From contig CAVZJV010000014.1 of the NCBI GenBank assembly GCA_963775685.1, positions 704,001 to 768,000 of the forward strand: a stretch of 64,000 nucleotides of DNA. The letters are read 5' to 3'. Of this stretch, positions 31,478-41,275 are shown in pieces. The position numbers and the translations under genes are program-made. Origin of the DNA: Candidatus Bathyarchaeota archaeon (lineage in GTDB: Archaea > Thermoproteota > Bathyarchaeia > Bathyarchaeales > Bathycorpusculaceae). The notes below the pieces were generated by a model, which made no database searches, was not told the origin of the DNA, and saw only the letters and a list, made by a program, of their open reading frames with translations. Position 1 is the first letter of the stretch. Each line of letters starts with the position of its first letter.

Positions 31478-32704
31478 TTAATGTGTCCCCTGAGATCCCT
31501 GTAGATTCCATAGTGCAAGTTTGGCTTCATAACCAAAACCGCCTATTGTTACTTGGCGAATGTCCGTTGTTACCCATTCTTGACCTTTAGGGCTGGCTCC
31601 TAACGTCACTGGAAAAACCATTGAGCCTAAACCCCAAGGCATCAAAACAATCCCAACCTGACCTGACTCTGAATCCTGATAAGTTATGATCAGTATTCCA
31701 TCGTTGTCAGGAACATTAATGGAGGCATAGTCTGGTTCCATAACTGATCCAACAGTTACCTTGCCGGCCGAGCTGGCTTGGTCTAAGGAAACATGTCGCA
31801 GCGTGTATTCGTCTGTTAGAATTGCAAACGTAGCATTGTAACTTAACTCAGAATAACTTGGCTGTGTGCCTTCCCCTACGGAATCGCTGTGAGCAATCAG
31901 TATGCTCCGGTCAGCAAAACTGTCAACAAATAGAACAACACTTTTTGTTAAGGTATCTGGAACAGAAATATAGTAGCCCATTCCTTTGAGTCCATAGAGA
32001 TGGGTGTAAACGATTAAAGCGAAAGACTGAGCGTCCCCGTTAACTTCTGGAAAAGTCACTTGGGCCAAGCCTGCTTCATCTGTGGTTGTTGTGCCGCTTA
32101 ATTTTGTGTAGGACGGATATTGGTTTTCGTTAACTATATAGAGACTGTAGATTACCGATGCGTCAGCAAGCGGGTAACCTGTACCATCAATACTAACGTC
32201 AAAAGTTAAGTGTGGAAGAGGAACCGGTGAGATTGAGACCTTCAATAAAGGTGTCAAAGTAAGTTGGAATCCATAAGTTCCATATATGCCCAGCATCTTA
32301 GACACATCCGAATAATTCAGAACCTTTGCGGATGGAACAAGAAGGCAACTTCCAAATTCCGCCGACACATTGCTGTAATAGGAACCAGTTCGTGGATAGT
32401 AAACTTGTGATTCAGATGTAGCACCTAGCCGCATAAGCGAAAAAGGGCTAAGCCTGTATTGGGGATAATCAGGGTCCTGCAACCCAAAACAATCAGGTGT
32501 ACTATCAGTTTTTCCCCACCCTGCTGGTAACCCTGGATTTAAAAGCAAAGTATCTAAAAGGTCGCTGGTTTTCGTCGACAAAACTCGATGGCTTTCATAG
32601 ACGACCGCTGCCTGGATACTTTGACTAAACATCCCGATGAAAAGCAGTATTGCAACCATGAACACCGTTAGCGAAACCATATGGTCTACAGCTGCACTTG
32701 CCAT
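31478..32704 (-). CDS. Pilin-like secreted protein
   Basis: MASAAVDHMVSLTVF N-helix; LLLNPGLPAGW motif as in archaeal minor pilins; start 32704. Confidence 0.7.
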   Translation of the reverse strand: MASAAVDHMVSLTVFMVAILLFIGMFSQSIQAAVVYESHRVLSTKTSDLLDTLLLNPGLPAGWGKTDSTPDCFGLQDPDYPQYRLSPFSLMRLGATSESQVYYPRTGSYYSNVSAEFGSCLLVPSAKVLNYSDVSKMLGIYGTYGFQLTLTPLLKVSISPVPLPHLTFDVSIDGTGYPLADASVIYSLYIVNENQYPSYTKLSGTTTTDEAGLAQVTFPEVNGDAQSFALIVYTHLYGLKGMGYYISVPDTLTKSVVLFVDSFADRSILIAHSDSVGEGTQPSYSELSYNATFAILTDEYTLRHVSLDQASSAGKVTVGSVMEPDYASINVPDNDGILIITYQDSESGQVGIVLMPWGLGSMVFPVTLGASPKGQEWVTTDIRQVTIGGFGYEAKLALWNLQGSQGTH

Positions 32705-32705
32705 T

Positions 32706-33185
32706 TTAGGTAGTGCCTCCTTCAAAGGAAAGCCAAATGGAACTGGATGACTTATTCGCCGCGATTGATTTTACGTTATAACTTGTGTAGGTGATTCCGT
32801 TTTCCCATGCAGCATTAGCTCCTAGTGTTATAAGGCTTGATGAATCACCGTTAGCGCCGACGAGGGAGAGCGTTATTTTCATTATCTTAGCAGAGGAAAC
32901 TATAGTACTTACGTCCTGCAAAGTGATGGTGTAATTGTGATAATCTATCGTTTTGGGTGCATCAACTGTTGAAGTGAGATACCCGCTGTCATCAGATGCC
33001 CAGTTCATCGTAAAGTACAATTGCTGAACTGAACTAGCTAAGTGCCCAGCTATCTCTTGAAGTTCAAGATTATTTTGCTGGTCAGCCCAAGTGTTCATGA
33101 TTATGGTAGCTGCAAATGGGAAAAGGAAAATCTGCGCAATCAACACTGGAATCATAATCATGTACTCAATAGTTATGTGAACCAT
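32706..33185 (-). CDS. Small pilin-like protein
   Basis: MVHITIEYMIMIPVL N-helix; GAGGAAGTG RBS. Confidence 0.7.
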   Translation of the reverse strand: MVHITIEYMIMIPVLIAQIFLFPFAATIIMNTWADQQNNLELQEIAGHLASSVQQLYFTMNWASDDSGYLTSTVDAPKTIDYHNYTITLQDVSTIVSSAKIMKITLSLVGANGDSSSLITLGANAAWENGITYTSYNVKSIAANKSSSSIWLSFEGGTT

Positions 33186-33196
33186 TTCACTTCCTC

Positions 33197-34021
33197 CTAA
33201 ACCTGCCCCAACGTGACAACAACGTTGCCAACATAGAATTCAACATGGGAGACTGAAGGGAAGTTGATTGTTTCTGTTGTTTCTTTAAAATTAAAGAATG
33301 ATGAATTAAAACCCTGAGCTGCTTTGGCAAAAGATACGGTAATTCTGACTTGGTCAACATTGTTTTCTATTATCTTCGAAATATCGTTTCCGCTCAGGGT
33401 TATTGATTGGGACCGGTATAGGTGGGTGCCACTTTCAAGAGTAGGCAGATAGAACTTGAAGAACCCGTTTGAACCAATCTCTCTCATTGTGGGAACAACT
33501 ACTGTTCGAATATAACTTCCATCATTCATGGGTATTTTTTCTATGGAGAAAACTTGGGCTATAGATGTTGAAGAACCAGACTGTACAAGCGAGCTACTAG
33601 CATAATCTGGAACACGCACAAAGGAATTATTGCCCATTGAGTATGATTTCACTGGCATGTTGTAGAGTATTATACCTGTTGTGTAGGTAACGGGTAGAGA
33701 TTTCCATCCCGAAGATGTATGAACTTCGATGCCGTAAGTGAGCACGTCTGGTTGAAAGCTGACTTGTCCATATCTGCCTGAGTAGCTGACGGTTTGGGTT
33801 CGACCAATTGTCCAAGCTATGTCGTCTATCTGCTGCGCAGTGGTGCTCATGAACTGTTGATTTGTACTGAATTCGTTTTCAGCCATTTTCATGCCCAGAA
33901 GGTTGTTGGCATAATTCATTGCTACCAGTATCATGGCTATGCCTGCAGCAGTCAGTATGACCGTTGAGATTGCTGGGCTTGCTGCCCTTTGGTCTTTGCG
34001 TAAACTTCTTCTACCGTGCAC
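33197..34021 (-). CDS. Type IV pilin-like protein with class III signal peptide
   Basis: RKDQRA/ASPAISTVIL archaeal prepilin cleavage motif. Confidence 0.82.
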   Translation of the reverse strand: MHGRRSLRKDQRAASPAISTVILTAAGIAMILVAMNYANNLLGMKMAENEFSTNQQFMSTTAQQIDDIAWTIGRTQTVSYSGRYGQVSFQPDVLTYGIEVHTSSGWKSLPVTYTTGIILYNMPVKSYSMGNNSFVRVPDYASSSLVQSGSSTSIAQVFSIEKIPMNDGSYIRTVVVPTMREIGSNGFFKFYLPTLESGTHLYRSQSITLSGNDISKIIENNVDQVRITVSFAKAAQGFNSSFFNFKETTETINFPSVSHVEFYVGNVVVTLGQV

Positions 34022-34036
34022 CTTTTTCAGTCCTCC

Positions 34037-35776
34037 TTAACCTAGCTTAATGAAGTTCGGAATCAATTTTGCAGCGATTATTGAGATTAACACCAAGATT
34101 GCGGCATGCTTGAAGCCCGCTCCTACGGATTCTTCGCTTATTTTTCCAGCCACGATTCCGATAAGGTAGCTGTTGAAGATGACTGATGAGATGAAGATTA
34201 CTTGCATCATGCTGTTGTCGCTTGGCGCAGAGTTTACCCCAGGAACAGTGATTCCCGTAGTCAAGCCCATCATCATTATCGTTGTTGCAACCAGCAGAAT
34301 CGAAGCTAAATAGGGCATCATCACGTAGGGGCGAACGGACATCTTCTTTTCTTTCTCAACTTCCTGTGTTAAGTTATTGAATCTTGCCAAAGACTCAATC
34401 ATGGGGATTGTTCCTCCGCCGACATCTATAGTTTCAACCAAGAGGAACATAACTACCTGCACCATCCAGCTGCGTGTACGGTGAAGGAAATCTGCCATGA
34501 CCTTTTTTATTGGAATACCCCAGGAAATCTCTGAACTGATTTTATGTAGTTCTTTGGTAAATGTACCGTAGTCGCGTTTGGATAGGGCTTCGATACATTT
34601 TTCTGGTGAAAGCCCTGTTTTTCTGACTTCAGTGAGGTCTCGGAGGAAACTTGTTACACCCTGTTCCATGCTGTTTCTAGTTTTTGATAATCTGATGTGA
34701 ATGATGGCTGCTGGAGCGGCTGAAATAAACAATGATACTGCTAACGCTATGGGCAAGTCAAGACCTATGGACTGCAACTCTGTGAAGATTGGAAGCTGCA
34801 TTGTTCCCAAGAAGTTTGAAAGCAACAGGAACACGAATATAGCTAACACGGCGGAGATACCGAAGACTTTGTAGGGGCGCATGTCCAACAGCGGCGTTTT
34901 TGGCTGCATACTATGTGCAAGGTAGATGAACATCATTGAGAGCATGGGCGTGAATATGTATGTGTATAGGAGTATGCCTGAATACTGTGATATGTCTGTG
35001 CTTGCGCTTGTTCCATTTTGGATGCCGTTTACGGCAAATAAGATGTAAAAGCAAAGAGACATCATTACCATGACGATTATGAAAGTCTCAAGCAACATGC
35101 CTAATCGTTCAGCAGCCGCTTTCACACGTAGTGCGCGGATTTTGAAAATGTCCTCGGCTTTGCGTTCAAGGTAGTGACCGATGTCGCCGCCTATGATGAC
35201 AGTCGAGGCGTAACCACCCAAAAAGTCTTTGAATATGTCCAGAGGAGTCTTTTTTGATGCAATATCAAGGGCCGATAGCGGGTCCACACCGAAGATTTCA
35301 ACGTCTTTTATGATATCTCTTGCTTCTTTGCTCATCGCGGGCATGAGGTCAACTTGAGATAAACGTTTGAAGCTGGTGTAGGGTGCAATGCCGCCTGAAG
35401 ACATAACGCTGATGTATGCTGCCGCAAAGGGCATTTCACGCTCTAAACCGGAGGACCTGTCACTCGCATTGTTCATGGGTACAATTAGGAATCCAACGAT
35501 TACAAACATAGGCAGAAAAGCTAAAGCAAGAATGGGCAAAAACCCATATAATAAAGCCACCGCTGCCGCAAAAATTGAAACAGGCATGGTTAACAATGCA
35601 ATGAAGAACATCATTGAAATGTACGTTTCAGAGTAAATTTTCACCCGACCCTTTTCCAGAGAACCCTTAATTTGTGGAAAAACCTTTTTCAGAAAGTATG
35701 GCGCGAAGCGACCGAAGAGGCGGAAGGACAAGGCTTCAAATTTATCTAGAAGCGGCAACCGGTTTAGCCTCCTCAC
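34037..35776 (-). CDS. Type IV pilus platform protein (TadB/TadC/FlaJ-like, two T2SS-F domains)
   Basis: Two repeats (LEREMPFAAAY.., MEQGVTSFLRDL..), multiple TMs, downstream of ATPase. Confidence 0.9.
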   Translation of the reverse strand: MRRLNRLPLLDKFEALSFRLFGRFAPYFLKKVFPQIKGSLEKGRVKIYSETYISMMFFIALLTMPVSIFAAAVALLYGFLPILALAFLPMFVIVGFLIVPMNNASDRSSGLEREMPFAAAYISVMSSGGIAPYTSFKRLSQVDLMPAMSKEARDIIKDVEIFGVDPLSALDIASKKTPLDIFKDFLGGYASTVIIGGDIGHYLERKAEDIFKIRALRVKAAAERLGMLLETFIIVMVMMSLCFYILFAVNGIQNGTSASTDISQYSGILLYTYIFTPMLSMMFIYLAHSMQPKTPLLDMRPYKVFGISAVLAIFVFLLLSNFLGTMQLPIFTELQSIGLDLPIALAVSLFISAAPAAIIHIRLSKTRNSMEQGVTSFLRDLTEVRKTGLSPEKCIEALSKRDYGTFTKELHKISSEISWGIPIKKVMADFLHRTRSWMVQVVMFLLVETIDVGGGTIPMIESLARFNNLTQEVEKEKKMSVRPYVMMPYLASILLVATTIMMMGLTTGITVPGVNSAPSDNSMMQVIFISSVIFNSYLIGIVAGKISEESVGAGFKHAAILVLISIIAAKLIPNFIKLG

Positions 35777-37490
35777 TTTCTACTGTTTTGCGGTAGAATT
35801 CTTTCGGTCTAGCGTAGTATTCCGCAATATTTGTTGCAACTTCTTTGTAGCTTCTAATATTGCCTTTGCGCATCCAACGTAGCACTTTAGTTCTTCGATT
35901 CAGCTCAGTAACCAGTTGTTCACGTGTTATGCCTAAGCGTTCGGAGAAGTTGGTTAGCAAGAAGCTGGAGTCCATGTCGATGGTTTGCTGGTCTTTGATG
36001 GGGTCCCACCTGAAGGGGTTAACATATTTCTCTGAATCTATGATTTCGTTAACGGAAAGGACACGGCGGTAAGCTTTCTTCTGCCCATTCTTCACCAAGT
36101 GAACACGTTGCACTGACATGACAATGTTCATAAGAGGGATATAGGCAGGTGAAATATCCATAGGTTTTTGAGTTAGACGCCTTACTGCTGACTGGACGTT
36201 TTCAGCGTGCATCGTGCACATGCCACCGTGACCCGTTGCAAGAGCCTGGAATAAAACATATGCTTCTTGACCTCGAACTTCTCCAACAATCATCAAGTCG
36301 GGACGGTGCCGCATGCATGTCTTGACCAAGTCAAAGAGGGCAACTTCACCGACGCTGCTGCCGCCTAAACCATAACTTTGTCTCGCAATCAAAGAGACCC
36401 AGTTTTCATGCGACAGGTTCAGCTCAGCAGTTTCTTCGATAGTCATGATTTTGCTGCCAGGTTTAACAAGGCAGCCTAAAGCGTTCAAAGCGGTGGTTTT
36501 GCCCGCCGCGGTTCCCCCGAGGACCATAACTGAAGCGCGGTTTTCAAGACAAATCCAAAGATAAGCAGCCATTTCCTCGGTAAAGGTGCCTATATTGATG
36601 AGGTCAATAATCGAATATGGGTCTTCGCGGAACTTTCTGATAGTAAAAGCAGTTCCGAAAGGTGTGATTTCCCGTCTATACGCTACGGCGAGACGGTGTT
36701 TTCCTGGAAGCGAGGCGTCGACGATTGGGAAAGCGCTGCTCACATGTTTGCCTGCCATGTGGACAAGTTTGACAACCAAGTTGTCGACGTCTTCATCGTT
36801 TTCAAACTGCAGGTTAGTTTCGATGCTTTCAAACACGCGGTGCCAAATGTAGACAGATTTGTTTACTCCGTCACAGGAAATGTCTTCTATGTTAGGATCC
36901 CGCATCAATGGATCGATTTTGCCAAAACCAACCAAATCGCGTTCAGCGTGGTAGAGAATCTTATACCAGGAAACATCTGGGAGCCAACCAAGGCTGATGC
37001 GGTATTTGTCTACGATTTTTTTTGCTTCCTGCGCAAAAAACTTGCGTGGATCGGTTATTTCCTCTTTGGGTGACTCGATTTCGGCGAGCAGAATTTCTAG
37101 GATACGGTGGTATATGCCGCGTTCCATTGGATCAAGCTGGAGCTCGTCGAGGATATACTTGTGTTCACCTGTTTTTGCATCTTGAACTATTGCAACTTGT
37201 GCGAATGGCTCATAGAGTGGGTATTTGTCGATGATTTTTGCGCCTTTGTTTAGGTTTTTGGCTTGGGGGGTTGATGCAGGTTCGGGTTGTTTCTTTTTGA
37301 GGCTAAGGTTGAGTTTTATTTTGAAATTAATTTTTGGTAGTTTAGAGAGTTTGATTTTTTTTATGCGGTTAGCTACGTTTATGGTGGAGGTTTTTATGCG
37401 TAGTTTGAATGCAGCGCTGGATTGATGTAACTTTGTAGTGACTTTTTTAATTTTTTCTTTGATTTTTTGTTTTCGGTCTAGTGTTGCCAT
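35742..37490 (-). CDS. Type II/IV secretion ATPase (TadA/FlaI-like)
   Basis: Walker A GGTAAGKTT, TIRKF, IEETAEL, RHRPD..VGEVRG, TGH..MCTMHA. Confidence 0.95.
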   Translation of the reverse strand: MATLDRKQKIKEKIKKVTTKLHQSSAAFKLRIKTSTINVANRIKKIKLSKLPKINFKIKLNLSLKKKQPEPASTPQAKNLNKGAKIIDKYPLYEPFAQVAIVQDAKTGEHKYILDELQLDPMERGIYHRILEILLAEIESPKEEITDPRKFFAQEAKKIVDKYRISLGWLPDVSWYKILYHAERDLVGFGKIDPLMRDPNIEDISCDGVNKSVYIWHRVFESIETNLQFENDEDVDNLVVKLVHMAGKHVSSAFPIVDASLPGKHRLAVAYRREITPFGTAFTIRKFREDPYSIIDLINIGTFTEEMAAYLWICLENRASVMVLGGTAAGKTTALNALGCLVKPGSKIMTIEETAELNLSHENWVSLIARQSYGLGGSSVGEVALFDLVKTCMRHRPDLMIVGEVRGQEAYVLFQALATGHGGMCTMHAENVQSAVRRLTQKPMDISPAYIPLMNIVMSVQRVHLVKNGQKKAYRRVLSVNEIIDSEKYVNPFRWDPIKDQQTIDMDSSFLLTNFSERLGITREQLVTELNRRTKVLRWMRKGNIRSYKEVATNIAEYYARPKEFYRKTVESEEAKPVAASR

Positions 37491-37659
37491 TTGTAGCTCT
37501 CTTTTGTATTTTGGGAAGCAAAACACTATTAAATATTATGTCTCACTAAACATTATTGCAAATATGTTCTACACACATACAAACTCAAAAACACCCAAAC
37601 ACAACAAACCATTTTTAAACCTACAAAACATCACTTACAACACACAAGGAAGAATACCC

Positions 37660-38355
37660 TTGAACCAAACCCTAAAAATAATCAACCAAGCCAAAAAAGA
37701 AGGCAGAAAAGCGCTCCTAGAACCCGAAGCAAAAACCATCTGCACAGAATACGGTATCCCAGTCACCAAGTTTAACCTCGCAAAAAGCGAAAAAGAAGCC
37801 GCTGCACAAGCCGATCAAATCGGCTATCCAATAGTTCTAAAAATTGTCTCCCCCGATATTATCCATAAATCCGACGCGGGAGGAGTGATAGTCAACCTAA
37901 AAAACTCTCAAGATGTTTCAGCAGGATACAAAAAAATAGTCGAAAACGTAAAGAAATACAAAGCAGAAGCAAAAATTATTGGCGTGTTGGTGCAGGAGAT
38001 GGCGCCGCAGTCTACCGAGGTTATCGTAGGAGCTGTCAAAGACCCACAGTTTGGCCAGACCATTATGTTTGGACTAGGCGGAATATTCGTTGAACTTTTA
38101 AAGGATGTTAACTTCCGGATTGCACCCTTAACCGCTGGAGATGCAAAAGAAATGATAACTCAACTTAAAGCATACCCGCTCCTAAACGGGTACCGAAACA
38201 CTCCCCCAGCAGACATCAACGCCATAGTTGCCATATTATGCAACACATCTCACCTTGTCATGGACTACCCCGAAATCAAGGAACTGGACCTTAACCCTGT
38301 AATGGCTTATCCAGAAGGCGCAAAAACAGTAGACGCTAGAATAATCCTTGAGTGA
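37660..38355 (+). CDS. acdB: ADP-forming acyl-CoA synthetase beta subunit (ATP-grasp)
   Basis: GYPIVLKIVSPDIIHKSDAGGV, DPQFG, ELDLNP, VDARI; TTG start at 37660. Confidence 0.88.
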   Translation: MNQTLKIINQAKKEGRKALLEPEAKTICTEYGIPVTKFNLAKSEKEAAAQADQIGYPIVLKIVSPDIIHKSDAGGVIVNLKNSQDVSAGYKKIVENVKKYKAEAKIIGVLVQEMAPQSTEVIVGAVKDPQFGQTIMFGLGGIFVELLKDVNFRIAPLTAGDAKEMITQLKAYPLLNGYRNTPPADINAIVAILCNTSHLVMDYPEIKELDLNPVMAYPEGAKTVDARIILE

Positions 38356-38949
38356 TAGTCTCAGAAGCAAGCCCTTCTTTCAAAAGGAAGCTTTTTTAAA
38401 AAAGAGAACTACCCATTGTTTTTTGACACTTCATTGTCGGACAAGGTTATTAAACTAAATAGACCGTAGCGCAATTAACCTGAGACATCAGCTCACAAAG
38501 CTGCCGTAAATTAGAAGCTAAGGCGATGCTAATAACCTATATAGCATATACCAACGTCATGGGCAACAAGATAATCTACAAAATAGTAAAAACCTAACTC
38601 CAACCCACATACGCCTATCGCAATACAAGCTTCGAAAACTTCTCTGCCTAAATGACAGAATGAAACAACATTTTTCACTCTTGATGCCACCAACTACTGC
38701 TCCAAACCTTAACATACATTAGCTCTTTAAAAATACCTCAAAAGATCACATATAAAAAACTGACCGAATCAACAACATAGAAGTTGTTGTTGCTGTTGTT
38801 GTTGCAACTAAAAAACGCACACCAGTTACAACAATCAGAGTATAGTGTTCTTTTGGGGAAAGTGTTTTGTTTTCCATATGCAACGCCAGTTTGGCCAGTG
38901 TGATTGTTCGGTTGGTTCTATGTTCTTGTTTTATTTCTGGTTTAGGCAG

Positions 38950-39849
38950 TTATGGAATTTGGTCTCGCCATGTGGGGAATATGTAGCCTGTGTAGATAAT
39001 GTTTGGCGCTACAAATTTTATTGCAGGCTCCTGTTCCAAGCTTTCTCGTATTTCTTTTAGTTCCTTACTGGTCGGGGTCCAAACCATGAACACGTAGGTG
39101 CCCGGGATGTTGCTAAAGCTCCAGTAGAAGATTGTGTTTGGGTAATGTTTTACCAGAAGAGCATTTGGTGTATTAGAGTTAGCGTCATCTTTTAAGGTAA
39201 CGTGGAATATGCTCATGATGTCATTTGAAGCGTCAGGGTACCATTCTATGGAGAACTGAATCAGAAAGTTGTTTACCATGTGTGATAATCTGTGGCGAAC
39301 CGTTTTGGTTGAAACACCAATTTCTTCAGCAACAATTGAGGCGGGTTTTCGTGAATTGTCTTTTAGGGAGCAAATGATTTTGTAGTCAAGTTCACAAAGG
39401 TCGTTTTTTAGGTCTTTTTTTACGTTTTTTAAAAGAGGCGGCATAGGGAACCCAGTCAAACCAACGATCGGCTCAGGCATGTCTGCGGTTTCCTTAACGA
39501 AGCGAACCAGCAGTTCGAGCTCACTTAGGTTTTTAAGGTAAGCACCAACATAGAGGACGTTTCCACCTGCCACTGCCAACCAGTAAATCGAACCTTGCTG
39601 CTCCATTTTTTGTTTCAGACTATAAACTGAGGTAGTTTTAGAGCCACCGAATATGAAAACATGAATGGCATTTTGGGCAAATATGCTTAATCCAGACGTG
39701 AACTTGCGGATTATGCCTATATCGATTAAGGACTGAATGCGGTTATGGACGGCGGTGACCGATAGATCCAGTTTTTCAGCAAGTTCCCGATAGGAAAGCC
39801 GGGAGTTGGCCAGCAAGAGTTGGCAAAGTATTACATCGACTTTGTCCAC
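38950..39849 (-). CDS. Tandem Lrp/AsnC-family transcriptional regulator
   Basis: Two AsnC HTH units (NSRLSYRELAEKL..., NSRKPASIVAEEIGVS...). Confidence 0.85.
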   Translation of the reverse strand: MDKVDVILCQLLLANSRLSYRELAEKLDLSVTAVHNRIQSLIDIGIIRKFTSGLSIFAQNAIHVFIFGGSKTTSVYSLKQKMEQQGSIYWLAVAGGNVLYVGAYLKNLSELELLVRFVKETADMPEPIVGLTGFPMPPLLKNVKKDLKNDLCELDYKIICSLKDNSRKPASIVAEEIGVSTKTVRHRLSHMVNNFLIQFSIEWYPDASNDIMSIFHVTLKDDANSNTPNALLVKHYPNTIFYWSFSNIPGTYVFMVWTPTSKELKEIRESLEQEPAIKFVAPNIIYTGYIFPTWRDQIP

Positions 39850-40006
39850 AGTTTCACTTCAGCCCCCTAATAAGGCATAACAGTTTAAAGACTTTGAGGC
39901 TGACCGTAAAATTTCTTAAGGGTTATTCCTACATTTCAATAACTTTTATAACAGTATTACTTGATAAGTTAACGGTTTTAACTACGCCAACTGAAGAGAT
40001 GCAAGC

Positions 40007-40756
40007 ATGAGTTTCATAGAACCAAAACTTTTAGAAACCCTTTTCGCGGGTTTTATAGTAGCCGTAGCGTTCCCAATCGGTGCCCTAATCGCAATCTACG
40101 TAAACTACTCCGCCGCAAGAAGAGCACTTTTTGCCGCGTTTGGCGCAGGCATATTCCTCGCAGCCATAATGCTTCTCACACAGGAATCCCTAATTTTAGG
40201 AAACGTTTTTGATTTGGTTTTGGGGTTCAGTCTTGGCGCCGCCACGTTTGGTTTAGCCCAAAACTACATCCGACGTTGCAAAGCCTGCACATTAAAAGAA
40301 CGAAAAGAAAAACGGCAAAAAACCGAGGGAAAACTCTCAGTTATTGGAACAATCTTAGATAGCGTACCTGAAACGCTTTTTGTTGGAATAATTGCAGCCC
40401 TAAATGAGCCAAGTCTTTACGCTGCGGTAGTGGTGCTTTTTTTGGGTAACATAGCAACCACTTTGGAGGGTGCGAGAATTATGCATAATCAAGGAATGTC
40501 TAAACGGGACATTATGCGGGACTGGATTATAGATTTCCTGATCGTTGGTTTGGCTGCGCCTATGGGGTATTTTCTAGCTGGAGCAGTAAGCAACGATATC
40601 TTGGCAGTAGTGTTGAGTTTTGCCACTGGAACCTTAATTGTGTTCATAGCAGGCGAGCTCATCGCTCGAGCCTACAGAGAATCCACAGGACACAGCGAAG
40701 ACCTCGCCATATCCGCCGGTTTCCTGATCGGCGTCATTCTACTGTTTGTATTATAA
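40007..40756 (+). CDS. ZIP-like metal transporter
   Basis: AFGAGIFL, LDSVPETL, FLGNI..TLEG, multiple TMs. Confidence 0.75.
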   Translation: MSFIEPKLLETLFAGFIVAVAFPIGALIAIYVNYSAARRALFAAFGAGIFLAAIMLLTQESLILGNVFDLVLGFSLGAATFGLAQNYIRRCKACTLKERKEKRQKTEGKLSVIGTILDSVPETLFVGIIAALNEPSLYAAVVVLFLGNIATTLEGARIMHNQGMSKRDIMRDWIIDFLIVGLAAPMGYFLAGAVSNDILAVVLSFATGTLIVFIAGELIARAYRESTGHSEDLAISAGFLIGVILLFVL

Positions 40757-41275
40757 AGCTGCAACTAATCTCCTGTTTGTTCAGAAAACAAAAAATAAGG
40801 AAAATCCAACAACAATATGACAAACAAAAACAAACCAAGTGGAAATCGTAGAATCTGCTTCATCTACTTCCCCATGACCGTCCGATCTAGAGTTATCTTG
40901 GTTTTAGCGATCTAACTCTGTAAACCCAGACTGATATTAACTTTTCAAGCTATGAAACAGTCGAGCATTCGGAGTTTGCCAAGTATCAAGATAGGGCTTA
41001 TTGTATAATAATTTGTTGTCTGAAGCAAAGCTAAGGCTAAGACCTACAACCAACTTAGGAACATGTTTTTTCTAACTAATCTGCCGGCCTTAGGAGACTT
41101 AAAAACTATTCAAATTGAAATAAAATTAAGATTTTTAATCGAAAACATTAACTTTTGTTGTTGTCAGCACCGCTTTTAACAAAGATATAAATAATAAGAA
41201 TTAAGAAAGATTGTTTTGGGCAATAGAATGTTTTGTTTTTAGTCTTTTGCCTAAATTCTTAAAGGAGAAGAAAAA

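Noticed and set aside
37438-37659. N-terminal 74 aa of the ORF-track acdB call
   Set aside because: Overlaps the divergent ATPase start and low-complexity intergenic DNA; homology begins at the TTG at 37660
38770-38830. Replication origin at the local skew flip
   Set aside because: No ORB repeats or cdc6/orc1 gene nearby; the flip matches the orientation of the convergent flanking genes
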